DNA from: Bdellovibrio sp.
Lineage (GTDB): Bacteria > Bdellovibrionota > Bdellovibrionia > Bdellovibrionales > Bdellovibrionaceae
NCBI GenBank assembly: GCA_036676395.1
Contig: JAKFCY010000003.1
Coordinates: 160,001 to 224,000 of the forward strand
Direction: 5' to 3'
DNA: 64,000 bases
Below, piece after piece: positions 30,345 to 38,943 of the stretch; within the stretch, counting starts at the first letter, position 1, and each line of letters begins with the position of its first letter. The notes beneath the pieces are model-generated. The model saw nothing but the letters and a program-made list of their open reading frames with translations. It ran no database searches and was not told where the DNA came from. The translations under genes were made by a program, and so were the position numbers.

Positions 30345-31265
30345 TTAGCTCTTTTCACGGATTTGATATCCGGCCAATTTTAAAAACACGTCATTTAAAT
30401 TCGCAGCCCGCACATAATAATGTGTGTTCTGAATATGACTTATAAAACTTTGTTTTGATTCGGTAGTTTCAAAAAAGATAAATATGTTGTCTTCATACTC
30501 TTGAAATTTAAGCCCTGCTTGTTCAACTTTACTTAACCAGTAGCCTTTTTCACTGCCGACATGAAGTTCGATCACTTCAGTACCTATATGCTTCAAGATA
30601 AGTTCTTTAGCTGTGCCCTGGTCTAAAATCACCCCATGATCGATCATAATAATGCGATCACAAAGGCGTTCAGCTTCTTCCATATAATGAGTCGTTAACA
30701 CCAGAGTTGTGTTATTCGCTTTTAAACGTTCAAAATAATTCCAAATCCATAAACGCGCTTGTGGATCAAGGCCCGTTGTTGGTTCATCCATTAGAATGAA
30801 TTGTGGTTTATGAATCAGTGCACGGGCGATGGCTAAACGACGTTTCATGCCGCCACTTAACGCTTCAACTTGTTTGTGCTTAAATTCAGATAATTTCATC
30901 TCAGCTAACAAATGTTCAGCTTGAGCATGCGCGAGATCGCTATCCATATTGTGATAGCGTGCGAACAATAATAAATTTTCAAGTGCGCTGAAGTCTGTAT
31001 CTAAGCAGTCGTCTTGTGGCACGACGCCGATGCGTGAACGAATTTGCGTAATATCATTTTTAGTATTTAAACCTAGAACTAATAATTCGCCAGCTGTCGG
31101 AATCACTTGGCCGTAGATCATTTTAATTGTGGTAGTTTTACCGGCGCCGTTAGGTCCAAGAATCCCGACGCATTCACCAGGCTTAATATCAAAAGAGATT
31201 CCGTTAACTACTGGAATACCGTCGTAATTTTTTTTAAGCCCAATGGCATTCAATGCTAAAGACAT
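30345..31265 (-). CDS. ABC exporter ATP-binding protein (NodI-like)
   Basis: GPNGAGKTT, VVPQDD.LD, LSGGMKRRL, DEPTTGLDPQAR, TTHYMEEAE. Confidence 0.92.
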   Translation of the reverse strand: MSLALNAIGLKKNYDGIPVVNGISFDIKPGECVGILGPNGAGKTTTIKMIYGQVIPTAGELLVLGLNTKNDITQIRSRIGVVPQDDCLDTDFSALENLLLFARYHNMDSDLAHAQAEHLLAEMKLSEFKHKQVEALSGGMKRRLAIARALIHKPQFILMDEPTTGLDPQARLWIWNYFERLKANNTTLVLTTHYMEEAERLCDRIIMIDHGVILDQGTAKELILKHIGTEVIELHVGSEKGYWLSKVEQAGLKFQEYEDNIFIFFETTESKQSFISHIQNTHYYVRAANLNDVFLKLAGYQIREKS

Positions 31266-31282
31266 GACATAAGACTAACAGT

Positions 31283-31566
31283 GGATAAACCTAACAGCAA
31301 TTCCATGTTCGCCAATAACTTCCGGGGATTTTAAGTCCCTACCTTGGTCTTGATTACAAATCAAAATCTAGGAGTAAACGTGCAGAATCTAGATGGCTAA
31401 ATACTTTTAATAACTATGACAATCATTAAGATCATCATAATTAATCGCAAAATTTCTTTAGAAATACTTAAAAGGCGACGATAACGTAAATACTTTGGTT
31501 TACGCATGTCGAACCTCCTTCCGCAAATCGGAAGTTTGGCATAACTAAAAAGCTGTTAGGCTATCC
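31283..31566. repeat. Imperfect long inverted repeat flanking a small ORF (arms 31283-31324 and 31529-31566)
   Basis: GGATAAACCTAACAGC...GCCAATAACTTCCG versus reverse complement of right arm GGATAGCCTAACAGC...GCCAAACTTCCG. Confidence 0.8.
31397..31507 (-). CDS. Unannotated 36-aa basic/hydrophobic peptide, candidate type I toxin
   Basis: MRKPKYLRYRRLLSISKEILRLIMMILMIVIVIKSI*; AAGGAGG SD 6 nt before ATG. Confidence 0.75.
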   Translation of the reverse strand: MRKPKYLRYRRLLSISKEILRLIMMILMIVIVIKSI

Positions 31567-31588
31567 GTCTAGCAGCTTTTGCATTTTT
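31503..31588 (+). ncRNA. Candidate cis-antisense antitoxin RNA (~80 nt)
   Basis: Possible TTAAAA-17-TACTTT promoter inside the peptide ORF; covers start codon and SD; ends in a + strand terminator hairpin. Confidence 0.5.
31548..31588 (+). terminator. Intrinsic terminator of candidate antisense RNA
   Basis: AAAAGCTGTTAG-9 nt-CTAGCAGCTTTT with a U-G pair valid only on the + strand, followed by GCATTTTT; no + strand gene nearby. Confidence 0.6.
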
Positions 31589-31597
31589 AAGGCCTTA

Positions 31598-31634
31598 AAA
31601 TAAAAAACCCGGTTATTACACCGGGTTTTTATTT
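31598..31634 (-). terminator. Intrinsic terminator of typA (potentially bidirectional)
   Basis: AAAAACCCGG-loop-CCGGGTTTTT. Confidence 0.85.
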
Positions 31635-31659
31635 AACTGGGATTATAAATCGACACTAA

Positions 31660-33483
31660 TTAGTCTTTGTTAGATTTTGCTTGTTTAGGGCGTTTGTGTG
31701 GATCTAATTCTTTTAAACGTAGACGAATCGATTTTGGAGTCACTTCGATAAGTTCTGTTTCTTTGATCCATTCCATACCAAATTCTAAAGTCATTGGTTT
31801 AACTGGAGTAACACGAATTGCTTCGTCTGAACCAGACGCACGAACGTTCGACATTCTTTTTGCTTCTTGAATGTTAACGATCATATCGTTGTCTTTAGCA
31901 TTTTCGCCTACGATCATACCTTCGTAAACAAGGTCGCCGTCATTCACGAACATTCTGCCACGTTCTTGCTTATTCCAGATCGAGTAAGCATTTGCTTCAC
32001 CTTGACGATCTGAAACCATCGCACCATTGATACGAGAATTGATGTCACCACGGTACTCATCGTAACCGTCGAAGTTTGTATTTAATAAACCAGTACCACG
32101 AGTATCTGTTAAGAACTCAGAACGGTAACCGATTAAACCACGTGAAGGAATACGGAATTCTAAACGAGTACGGCCTGTACCTTTTTGAACCATGTTCGTC
32201 ATAACACCTTTACGCATACCTAACTTCTCAGTTACGGCACCTACGTAAGGATCTTCGATATCGATAACTGCGTGTTCAAACGGCTCTAACTTTTTACCGT
32301 TTTCTTCTTTGAATACAACCTGCGGTTTAGAAACTAATAATTCGAAACCTTCACGACGCATTTGTTCAATCAATACGCCAAGTTGTAATTCGCCACGGCC
32401 AATAACTTTGAAAGCATCAGTTGCAGATGTTTTTTCTACGCGGATTGAAACGTTATAAAGTAATTCTTTTTCAAGACGTTCTAAAATTTTACGAGACGTT
32501 ACTTGTTTACCTTCTTGACCCGCGAACGGACCATTATTAACCGAGAAGATCATACCAACCGTTGGCTCATCTACTTTGATACGTGGAAGTGGACGTGGAT
32601 CAACCGCTGAAGTAATCGTATCACCGATCGTGAAATCTTCGATACCCGCGATAATCGCCATGTCGCCCGCGCCAATTTCTTGAACCGGAACCTGAGAATT
32701 TACTACGTATTGAAAAAGCGCAGATACTTTCACTTTTTTCTGAGCGTTTTCTTGAATACACATAATGTCGTCGCCAACTTTAACAGTACCTGCACGCATA
32801 CGGCCCATTGCTAAACGACCAACGTAGTCATTGTAACCAATGTTAGAAACCATTAATTGCAATGGTTCATTTTCTTTAATTGTTGGAGGAGGTACCATAT
32901 TAACGATTGCATCATAAAGTACTTTTAAGTTTCCAGTGTTAACTGCTGGATCAAGTGTCGCCATACCATCACGCGCGATCGCGTAGATTGTCGGAAAATC
33001 ACATTGTTCTTCGTTAGCTTCAACGTCGATAAATAGATCGAATAATTCGTTGTGCACTTCTTGGATACGAGCATCTGAACGATCGATTTTGTTGATAACA
33101 ACGATAATTTTAATGTTTTGTTCTAAAGCTTTTTTCAAAACGAAACGAGTTTGCGGAAGTGGACCTTCTGAAGCATCGCAAAGTAAGATCGCGCCATCAA
33201 CCATGTTAAGTACGCGTTCAACTTCTCCACCGAAGTCACTATGTCCCGGTGTATCGACAATATTAATTTTATAATCGTTGTAAGTGAAAGATGCATTCTT
33301 CGCTGCGATCGTGATTCCGCGTTCTTTTTCAAGATCCATTGAATCCATCAAACGTTCTTGAACGGCTTGGTTTTCACGGAATGTTCCGGCTTGTTTGATT
33401 AAGTGATCAACTAAAGTTGTTTTACCGTGATCGACGTGCGCAATGATTGCGATATTTCTAATTTTCTTTGGATCTTGAATCAT
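31660..33483 (-). CDS. typA: Translational GTPase TypA/BipA
   Basis: IRNIAIIAHVDHGKTT, DTPGHSDFGGEVER, GRGELQL, IEVTPKSIRLR. Confidence 0.98.
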   Translation of the reverse strand: MIQDPKKIRNIAIIAHVDHGKTTLVDHLIKQAGTFRENQAVQERLMDSMDLEKERGITIAAKNASFTYNDYKINIVDTPGHSDFGGEVERVLNMVDGAILLCDASEGPLPQTRFVLKKALEQNIKIIVVINKIDRSDARIQEVHNELFDLFIDVEANEEQCDFPTIYAIARDGMATLDPAVNTGNLKVLYDAIVNMVPPPTIKENEPLQLMVSNIGYNDYVGRLAMGRMRAGTVKVGDDIMCIQENAQKKVKVSALFQYVVNSQVPVQEIGAGDMAIIAGIEDFTIGDTITSAVDPRPLPRIKVDEPTVGMIFSVNNGPFAGQEGKQVTSRKILERLEKELLYNVSIRVEKTSATDAFKVIGRGELQLGVLIEQMRREGFELLVSKPQVVFKEENGKKLEPFEHAVIDIEDPYVGAVTEKLGMRKGVMTNMVQKGTGRTRLEFRIPSRGLIGYRSEFLTDTRGTGLLNTNFDGYDEYRGDINSRINGAMVSDRQGEANAYSIWNKQERGRMFVNDGDLVYEGMIVGENAKDNDMIVNIQEAKRMSNVRASGSDEAIRVTPVKPMTLEFGMEWIKETELIEVTPKSIRLRLKELDPHKRPKQAKSNKD

Positions 33484-33542
33484 TTTCTTCTCTTTCGTTG
33501 TTGTAAAATAAAATTTAAATCGAGCTATTACTTAACTCTTAA

Positions 33543-34589
33543 TTAACCATGCCCACCCATAAGGAAAGCCTCATGAGATGTGTCTTCTTGCTCGAAGTCT
33601 GAAATTGACTGAAAAAAGCCTAATGCGCAAGTCAGAACTTCGTCATTGCTCTTCAACTGGAAAATGTCTTTTCTAAATTGAGCTGCGCCTGGATACCCAG
33701 TAGAGAACCAAGAAGCGAACTTTTTGAGCTGGATATTTATGATATGCTCTGAACAGTGTGCTTGTAAAGTCACATGCAGGTCCTGAAAAATTCCATGATA
33801 ATTTCGTTTAAGGTCTGAACGCATGGGTTCATTCTTCCATAAGCTTAAGGCATCAGCAAAAATGAGTGGATTTTTTAAAGCGCCACGGCCAATAAGTACG
33901 CCGTCGCAACCTGTTTCTTTTAAACGTTGTACCGCCGCTTGCGGAGTTAAAATATCGCCATTACCCAATAAAGGAATTTTTGTTTTCGCTTTTAGATCAG
34001 CAATAAAATCCCAATCCGCTAAACCCGAATAACCTTGGGCCCGCGTGCGCCCATGAATGGCAACCCAAGTGATGCCTTCATCGTAAGCTAAATTACAAAC
34101 ATCTAAAGCATTACGTTGAGACTGCTCCCAACCAGTACGAATTTTAATAGTGACCGGAATTTTTACGGCCTTAACACATGAACTTAAAACCTTTTGCATA
34201 ACGACAAGGTCTTTCATCATGGCGCTGCCTGCACCTTTTTTTACTACTTTTGGTACCGGACAACCAAAGTTAAGATCAACAAAATCAGCTCCTAAAGATT
34301 CAGCAACTTGTGCCCCTTTAGCGATAGTTTCAGCGTCTTCGCCAAACAGCTGAATTCCAATAGGGCGTTGGCTTTCATCGTAACTCATCAGCTGCATAGT
34401 TCTTTCTGATTTATATTCGATGCCGGTTGCTGAAACCAGTTCAGTAACAACGACGCTTGCGTCTAGTTTTTTCATAAAACTGCGGAAGGCATGGTCAGTA
34501 ATTCCCGCCATTGGAGCCAACACAAATGGGTTTTGCTTTAGAGCGTCTAAAGGACTGATTCTATTAGGATTATTGAAAGATGCTGACAT
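33543..34589 (-). CDS. dusB: tRNA-dihydrouridine synthase (DusB/NifR3 type)
   Basis: LAPMAG, QLFG, DLNFGCPV, IHGRT, NGDI, IGRG. Confidence 0.9.
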   Translation of the reverse strand: MSASFNNPNRISPLDALKQNPFVLAPMAGITDHAFRSFMKKLDASVVVTELVSATGIEYKSERTMQLMSYDESQRPIGIQLFGEDAETIAKGAQVAESLGADFVDLNFGCPVPKVVKKGAGSAMMKDLVVMQKVLSSCVKAVKIPVTIKIRTGWEQSQRNALDVCNLAYDEGITWVAIHGRTRAQGYSGLADWDFIADLKAKTKIPLLGNGDILTPQAAVQRLKETGCDGVLIGRGALKNPLIFADALSLWKNEPMRSDLKRNYHGIFQDLHVTLQAHCSEHIINIQLKKFASWFSTGYPGAAQFRKDIFQLKSNDEVLTCALGFFQSISDFEQEDTSHEAFLMGGHG

Positions 34590-34672
34590 GCGGTTTGTTT
34601 ATGTCAAAGTTCAGATTTTCCGTCAACAAATTGCTAATATTCAGAATCCTTGGTAATATTTCCAATTCGCCG

Positions 34673-37600
34673 ATGGAAAACCTCGGGAACTGGAGTTTCG
34701 TGAATAACGACGTAAACAACGATATAACGGCTATAAAAAAACCTTACTATCACTGGTTAGAGCGAGCTCAATTGGGCCAGCTTGATTTTGCGGTTATCCA
34801 ATTGCCGCAATTTTTAAACGAACAATACTTAACTACAATTGCTGATCAAGTTTCAGCTTTGGGCTTAGATTTATACCCGCTTCCCAAAGTACGCACTTAC
34901 GAATCTTTTGATACTCGCAGCTACAGTATGATTTCAGATTTATTGCGCGGTAAAAACTTTAGTTTTAATCGCAATACGTACCAAGAATTAACCGATGTGG
35001 TTTCTTTTTATTTAAAAAATGAAACTAAATTATCTTTAGAACAAATTGGCAATTATGATTTAGGCACAGCACTTCCACGTGAATTAAATCCTATTTTAAT
35101 TGAAAAACAATTTGCTTTTCAAACCGCTAAAGAACGTTTACGCCTTAGAAATTTTATGAAATTTTTGGGTCGTTTTGAAACGCAGCAAAATGAATATATG
35201 ATCGGTTATGTTCTTTTAGAAATGATCGATAATTTATTTGTCTTACGGCAAAAATTTCCTGAATTTAAAGTTTATTTAGCTTTAGATGTGGCTGGCATTA
35301 AATACGGTTTAGAAATTTCTGAACTGCATGTGCAAAAACCCATGTTTGGCGAATATTTTATTAAACCTATTGAAGAAAAAAATATTCCTTATTTAGGAGG
35401 CGCGGCTTTAACACAAGATCGCACAGCTTCTGGCGAAAAATATGAATTACATCTTCATCCGACGACCGTAAATGTAAAAACGGGTTTGATGTCGGCTGTA
35501 CCCCTTGAAAAAGCTGGGCGCAGTAATGATGTTGCGTTTAGCCATCTTGGGCCGGACTATGAAAAAGTTGGCGCCGATCGCATTTATAAAAATCACTCTA
35601 GCATCGCGGCTATTAAGGGTTTTTTAAACCAGCATAAAATTCATTTTGCATTTTCACAAAATCCGCTGGTTATTAAACCAGAAAAATACGGCATTAATTT
35701 GCAACATTTTATGGAGCCGGGTTTTGAAAGCGTTTTTTATTCAATGTGGACTGAATTTACTTTTCAAGACGATATTTACCGCGTGCATAACTATCAGTTA
35801 ACGACTGAATTATTATTGCAAACGGCTCTTAATGGCATTGCCTGGTTATCTGAATCTGAACGCAAAGATTTAGCTTCACAGCGAAAAGGTTTAAAACGCG
35901 ACAATGATTTACGCGTTTTAAAACATCAGGGTGTCGCTTGTTTAATGATTATTGAAACTTGCCGTCATGTTTTAAATCGCCCGTTAACAACAGGGCAATT
36001 CAATTTAAATGATGAAAAGTTTTTAGAAATTTTAGAAAATAATATTTTTGATCTATTCAAACGTTCAATTCTTGTGGATAAGTTTGGGGAAATGAACCCA
36101 TACGATCGTAATCTGGGCGCATTTTTATCAGATAAAGTTTATGCTTTCTTTAGATTCGCCTTAAATGAAATTTTAAAAATTGTACGAGTGAAATCACGCT
36201 ATATCGTTTTAAAAAATCAAATTCTTGAACTAACAGATTATGATAAATTCACTGCTGAATCGTTATTAGTTGCCCTTGAGCCATTGATGTTAGAATCAAA
36301 AGGCGAAATCTTTACTAAATCGACAACTAAATATTTAGAACTTATCGGCGAGTCTTTAAAAACCAGCGAAGCGTTTGAACCTGTTTACACGGGCTTTAAT
36401 TTACAAAGTGAATTAGCTAACCAGTATATTCGTAAAATAAAAATTTCTGATGAAACCCTGCCGCTAGTGTACAATAAAATGTCTGATCTAGCCGGCCAAG
36501 GCTGGGAAGTTTATATCAATTCTAAATCTTTAGAAAAATTAGGTGAAGATGATTTTAGGTCTGAAATCACTGTTAATAATTCTAAAACGGATTGGTTTGA
36601 ATTAAGCCCGCGCTTATTTTTCAAAGGTGTCGAAGTCAGCCTTGAAGATGTGAACTTTTCTGGCAAAGGCACACAAACCTTAAGCGGCATCATGTTTTAC
36701 AAAGGCCGACCGTTTTTAATTGATCCGAATTCTATTCCAAAATTTGCAGCTCTAGAAAAATTTTGGGAAAGAATTAAAAACGACGAAGTCAATAAAGGTG
36801 CACGTGGCGAAAAAGAATTCGTCAGAGTTCCGAAATCGCAAATTTTAGAACTTTTAGCTTTAGCTGAGTCAGGTACTAACATTGTATCAGATCATCCATA
36901 TTGGAATGAAATTCATACGTTCTATAAAAACCTAGGCAAAGCCGAAACTAAATTAAATCTATCAGAACATTTACAGGGTATTCTTAAAGAACATCAGCTT
37001 GTTGGAACACAATGGATTCACGACCTTTATAAATTAAATTTAGGCGGAATTTTAGCCGATGACATGGGTCTTGGTAAAACATTACAGGTGCTGGCATTCT
37101 TAGATGAACATCGCAAAACTAATAAGACATGGTCTTTAGTTGTTGTGCCGACATCATTGTGTTTTAACTGGGAATCAGAAACGAAAAAATTTACGCCTGA
37201 CTTACAAGTCGAAATTTTTAGCGGCTCTAAAAAACAAGACTTATTAAAACAAGCCAATAACGAACACAAAGTGATTATTGCCACGTATGGTTTATTAACT
37301 GAACATGAAGACTTTTTCTCGCAAGTTTTATGGGATGTCGTTATTTTTGATGAGGCACAAAATTTAAAAAATCTTTCATCTAAAAGAACTTCATCATCTC
37401 GCTTATTAAAGGCTAAATTTAAACTAGCCTTATCAGGTACTCCACTTGAGAATAACTTTTTAGATTTCTTTTCATTATCGGATCTGGTTTTACCTGGCTC
37501 TATGGGAAGCTATAAATCTTTTCAAGAAAGTTTTGGCCCCGGAAAGACCATTGATGCGCAGGATGTGCAATTTCTAAAATTAAAAATGCGACCAATAGTA

Positions 37601-38386
37601 TTGCGTCGTACAAAAGATTCAGTGAATTTAAATCTTCCGAAAAAATTAGAAGAATCTATTCGTTTTGATTTCAGCGAAAGACAAATTGAAATTTATAAAA
37701 AATTGGCGATTTCGCACAACGATCAGGTTAGCCAGCTGATTCAGGAAAAAGGGCAAACTTCGTCACAACTGGCGATGTTAACGGCATTACTGCGTTTGCG
37801 TCAGGCCTGCTCTGATCCAAGTGGTATTCCGCAGGTGAAATTTACCGAAAGCCCGCCCAAGATTGCGCACATTTTAGAATGTGTAAAAGAACATCTTGAA
37901 GAAGGTAAAAGCGTCTTAATTTTTACCCAGTTCTTGGCGACCTTAGATAAAATTTCTGGATTGTTTACGGCTGATAAAATTCCTTTTTATACGCTACATG
38001 GAAGTGTCGCTAATAAAGCTCGTCGTGAAATTCTAGAATCATTTCAAAATTCAGAAACACCACAGGTTTTACTCATGACTTTAAAAACTGGCGGTGTGGG
38101 TTTAAATTTAACGAAAGCTTCAGTAGTTTATCATATTGAACCTTGGTGGAATCCTGCAGTTGAAAATCAAGCCACAGATCGTTCACATCGCTTAGGTCAA
38201 AAAAATGATGTCCAGGTTTATAGGCTTTTAATGAAAGATTCTGTTGAAGAAAAAATTGAACTGTTGAAATTGAAGAAAAAATCTTACTTTGACGCTTTGT
38301 TTTCAGACTCAGAATCATTAGATAAAGTCTTAAACGGCAGCGGCCAATTAAGTGCAGAAGACTTTAAATTCTTATTGGGGATGTAG
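34673..38386 (+). CDS. SNF2-family DEAD/DEAH helicase with long N-terminal region
   Basis: LADDMGLGKT, DEAQNLKN, LSGTPLEN, GGVGLNLT, PWWNPAVENQATDRSHRLGQ; ATG 34673 chosen to avoid overlap with dusB. Confidence 0.93.
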   Translation: MENLGNWSFVNNDVNNDITAIKKPYYHWLERAQLGQLDFAVIQLPQFLNEQYLTTIADQVSALGLDLYPLPKVRTYESFDTRSYSMISDLLRGKNFSFNRNTYQELTDVVSFYLKNETKLSLEQIGNYDLGTALPRELNPILIEKQFAFQTAKERLRLRNFMKFLGRFETQQNEYMIGYVLLEMIDNLFVLRQKFPEFKVYLALDVAGIKYGLEISELHVQKPMFGEYFIKPIEEKNIPYLGGAALTQDRTASGEKYELHLHPTTVNVKTGLMSAVPLEKAGRSNDVAFSHLGPDYEKVGADRIYKNHSSIAAIKGFLNQHKIHFAFSQNPLVIKPEKYGINLQHFMEPGFESVFYSMWTEFTFQDDIYRVHNYQLTTELLLQTALNGIAWLSESERKDLASQRKGLKRDNDLRVLKHQGVACLMIIETCRHVLNRPLTTGQFNLNDEKFLEILENNIFDLFKRSILVDKFGEMNPYDRNLGAFLSDKVYAFFRFALNEILKIVRVKSRYIVLKNQILELTDYDKFTAESLLVALEPLMLESKGEIFTKSTTKYLELIGESLKTSEAFEPVYTGFNLQSELANQYIRKIKISDETLPLVYNKMSDLAGQGWEVYINSKSLEKLGEDDFRSEITVNNSKTDWFELSPRLFFKGVEVSLEDVNFSGKGTQTLSGIMFYKGRPFLIDPNSIPKFAALEKFWERIKNDEVNKGARGEKEFVRVPKSQILELLALAESGTNIVSDHPYWNEIHTFYKNLGKAETKLNLSEHLQGILKEHQLVGTQWIHDLYKLNLGGILADDMGLGKTLQVLAFLDEHRKTNKTWSLVVVPTSLCFNWESETKKFTPDLQVEIFSGSKKQDLLKQANNEHKVIIATYGLLTEHEDFFSQVLWDVVIFDEAQNLKNLSSKRTSSSRLLKAKFKLALSGTPLENNFLDFFSLSDLVLPGSMGSYKSFQESFGPGKTIDAQDVQFLKLKMRPIVLRRTKDSVNLNLPKKLEESIRFDFSERQIEIYKKLAISHNDQVSQLIQEKGQTSSQLAMLTALLRLRQACSDPSGIPQVKFTESPPKIAHILECVKEHLEEGKSVLIFTQFLATLDKISGLFTADKIPFYTLHGSVANKARREILESFQNSETPQVLLMTLKTGGVGLNLTKASVVYHIEPWWNPAVENQATDRSHRLGQKNDVQVYRLLMKDSVEEKIELLKLKKKSYFDALFSDSESLDKVLNGSGQLSAEDFKFLLGM

Positions 38387-38481
38387 CGCTAGCCGATAGT
38401 CTGGTGACCCTAGGATTTCGTTGGATATAAATAAAATTTCATCGATTATAGATGAAACAATTTTATTCAACGGGGGTTTCT

Positions 38482-38943
38482 ATGTTGAAAGCATTTCTTA
38501 CTGTATTTTTCTTGGGTTCGGTTTCTATGGCTGCTGGCGACGCAGGTTGCGGTCTTGGTAGCATGATCATCACTAAAAATTCTAAACTTATGCAATTATT
38601 CGCAGCTACTACGAATGGTTCTTTTGGTTCGCAAACTTTTGGTATTACTTTTGGTACTTCTAACTGTTCTGCTAGTGGTATCGTACAAAATGACAAACAA
38701 ATTCAGTATTTCGTAGAAGTTAACCAAGCTGAATTAACTCGTGAGATGGCTCAAGGTCATGGCGAAAAATTATCAACTTTAGCTGCCTTAAACGGTTGCG
38801 CTTCTGATTCACAAATCAATTCTTTCAGCGCAAAAGCACAATCTAGCTTCAGCTCTATCGTGCCTTCTGCTAAAACGTCTGCAGTTGACTTTGTTAACAA
38901 CATGAAGTCTGCTTCTGTAGCAGATGCATGCCACGGTTCTTAA
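38482..38943 (+). CDS. DUF3015-type secreted protein
   Basis: Signal peptide, AGCGLG, ATTN, QTFGITFGTSNC, MAQGHGE.L.TLA.L.GC. Confidence 0.85.
   Translation: MLKAFLTVFFLGSVSMAAGDAGCGLGSMIITKNSKLMQLFAATTNGSFGSQTFGITFGTSNCSASGIVQNDKQIQYFVEVNQAELTREMAQGHGEKLSTLAALNGCASDSQINSFSAKAQSSFSSIVPSAKTSAVDFVNNMKSASVADACHGS

Noticed and set aside
29602..31265. nodIJ as nodulation genes
   Set aside because: NodIJ-like exporters are widespread and no nodABC is present, so gene symbols were withheld
34673..38386. SNF2 helicase as part of an anti-phage defence system
   Set aside because: Stand-alone gene among housekeeping genes, with no methylase, nuclease or other defence partner nearby
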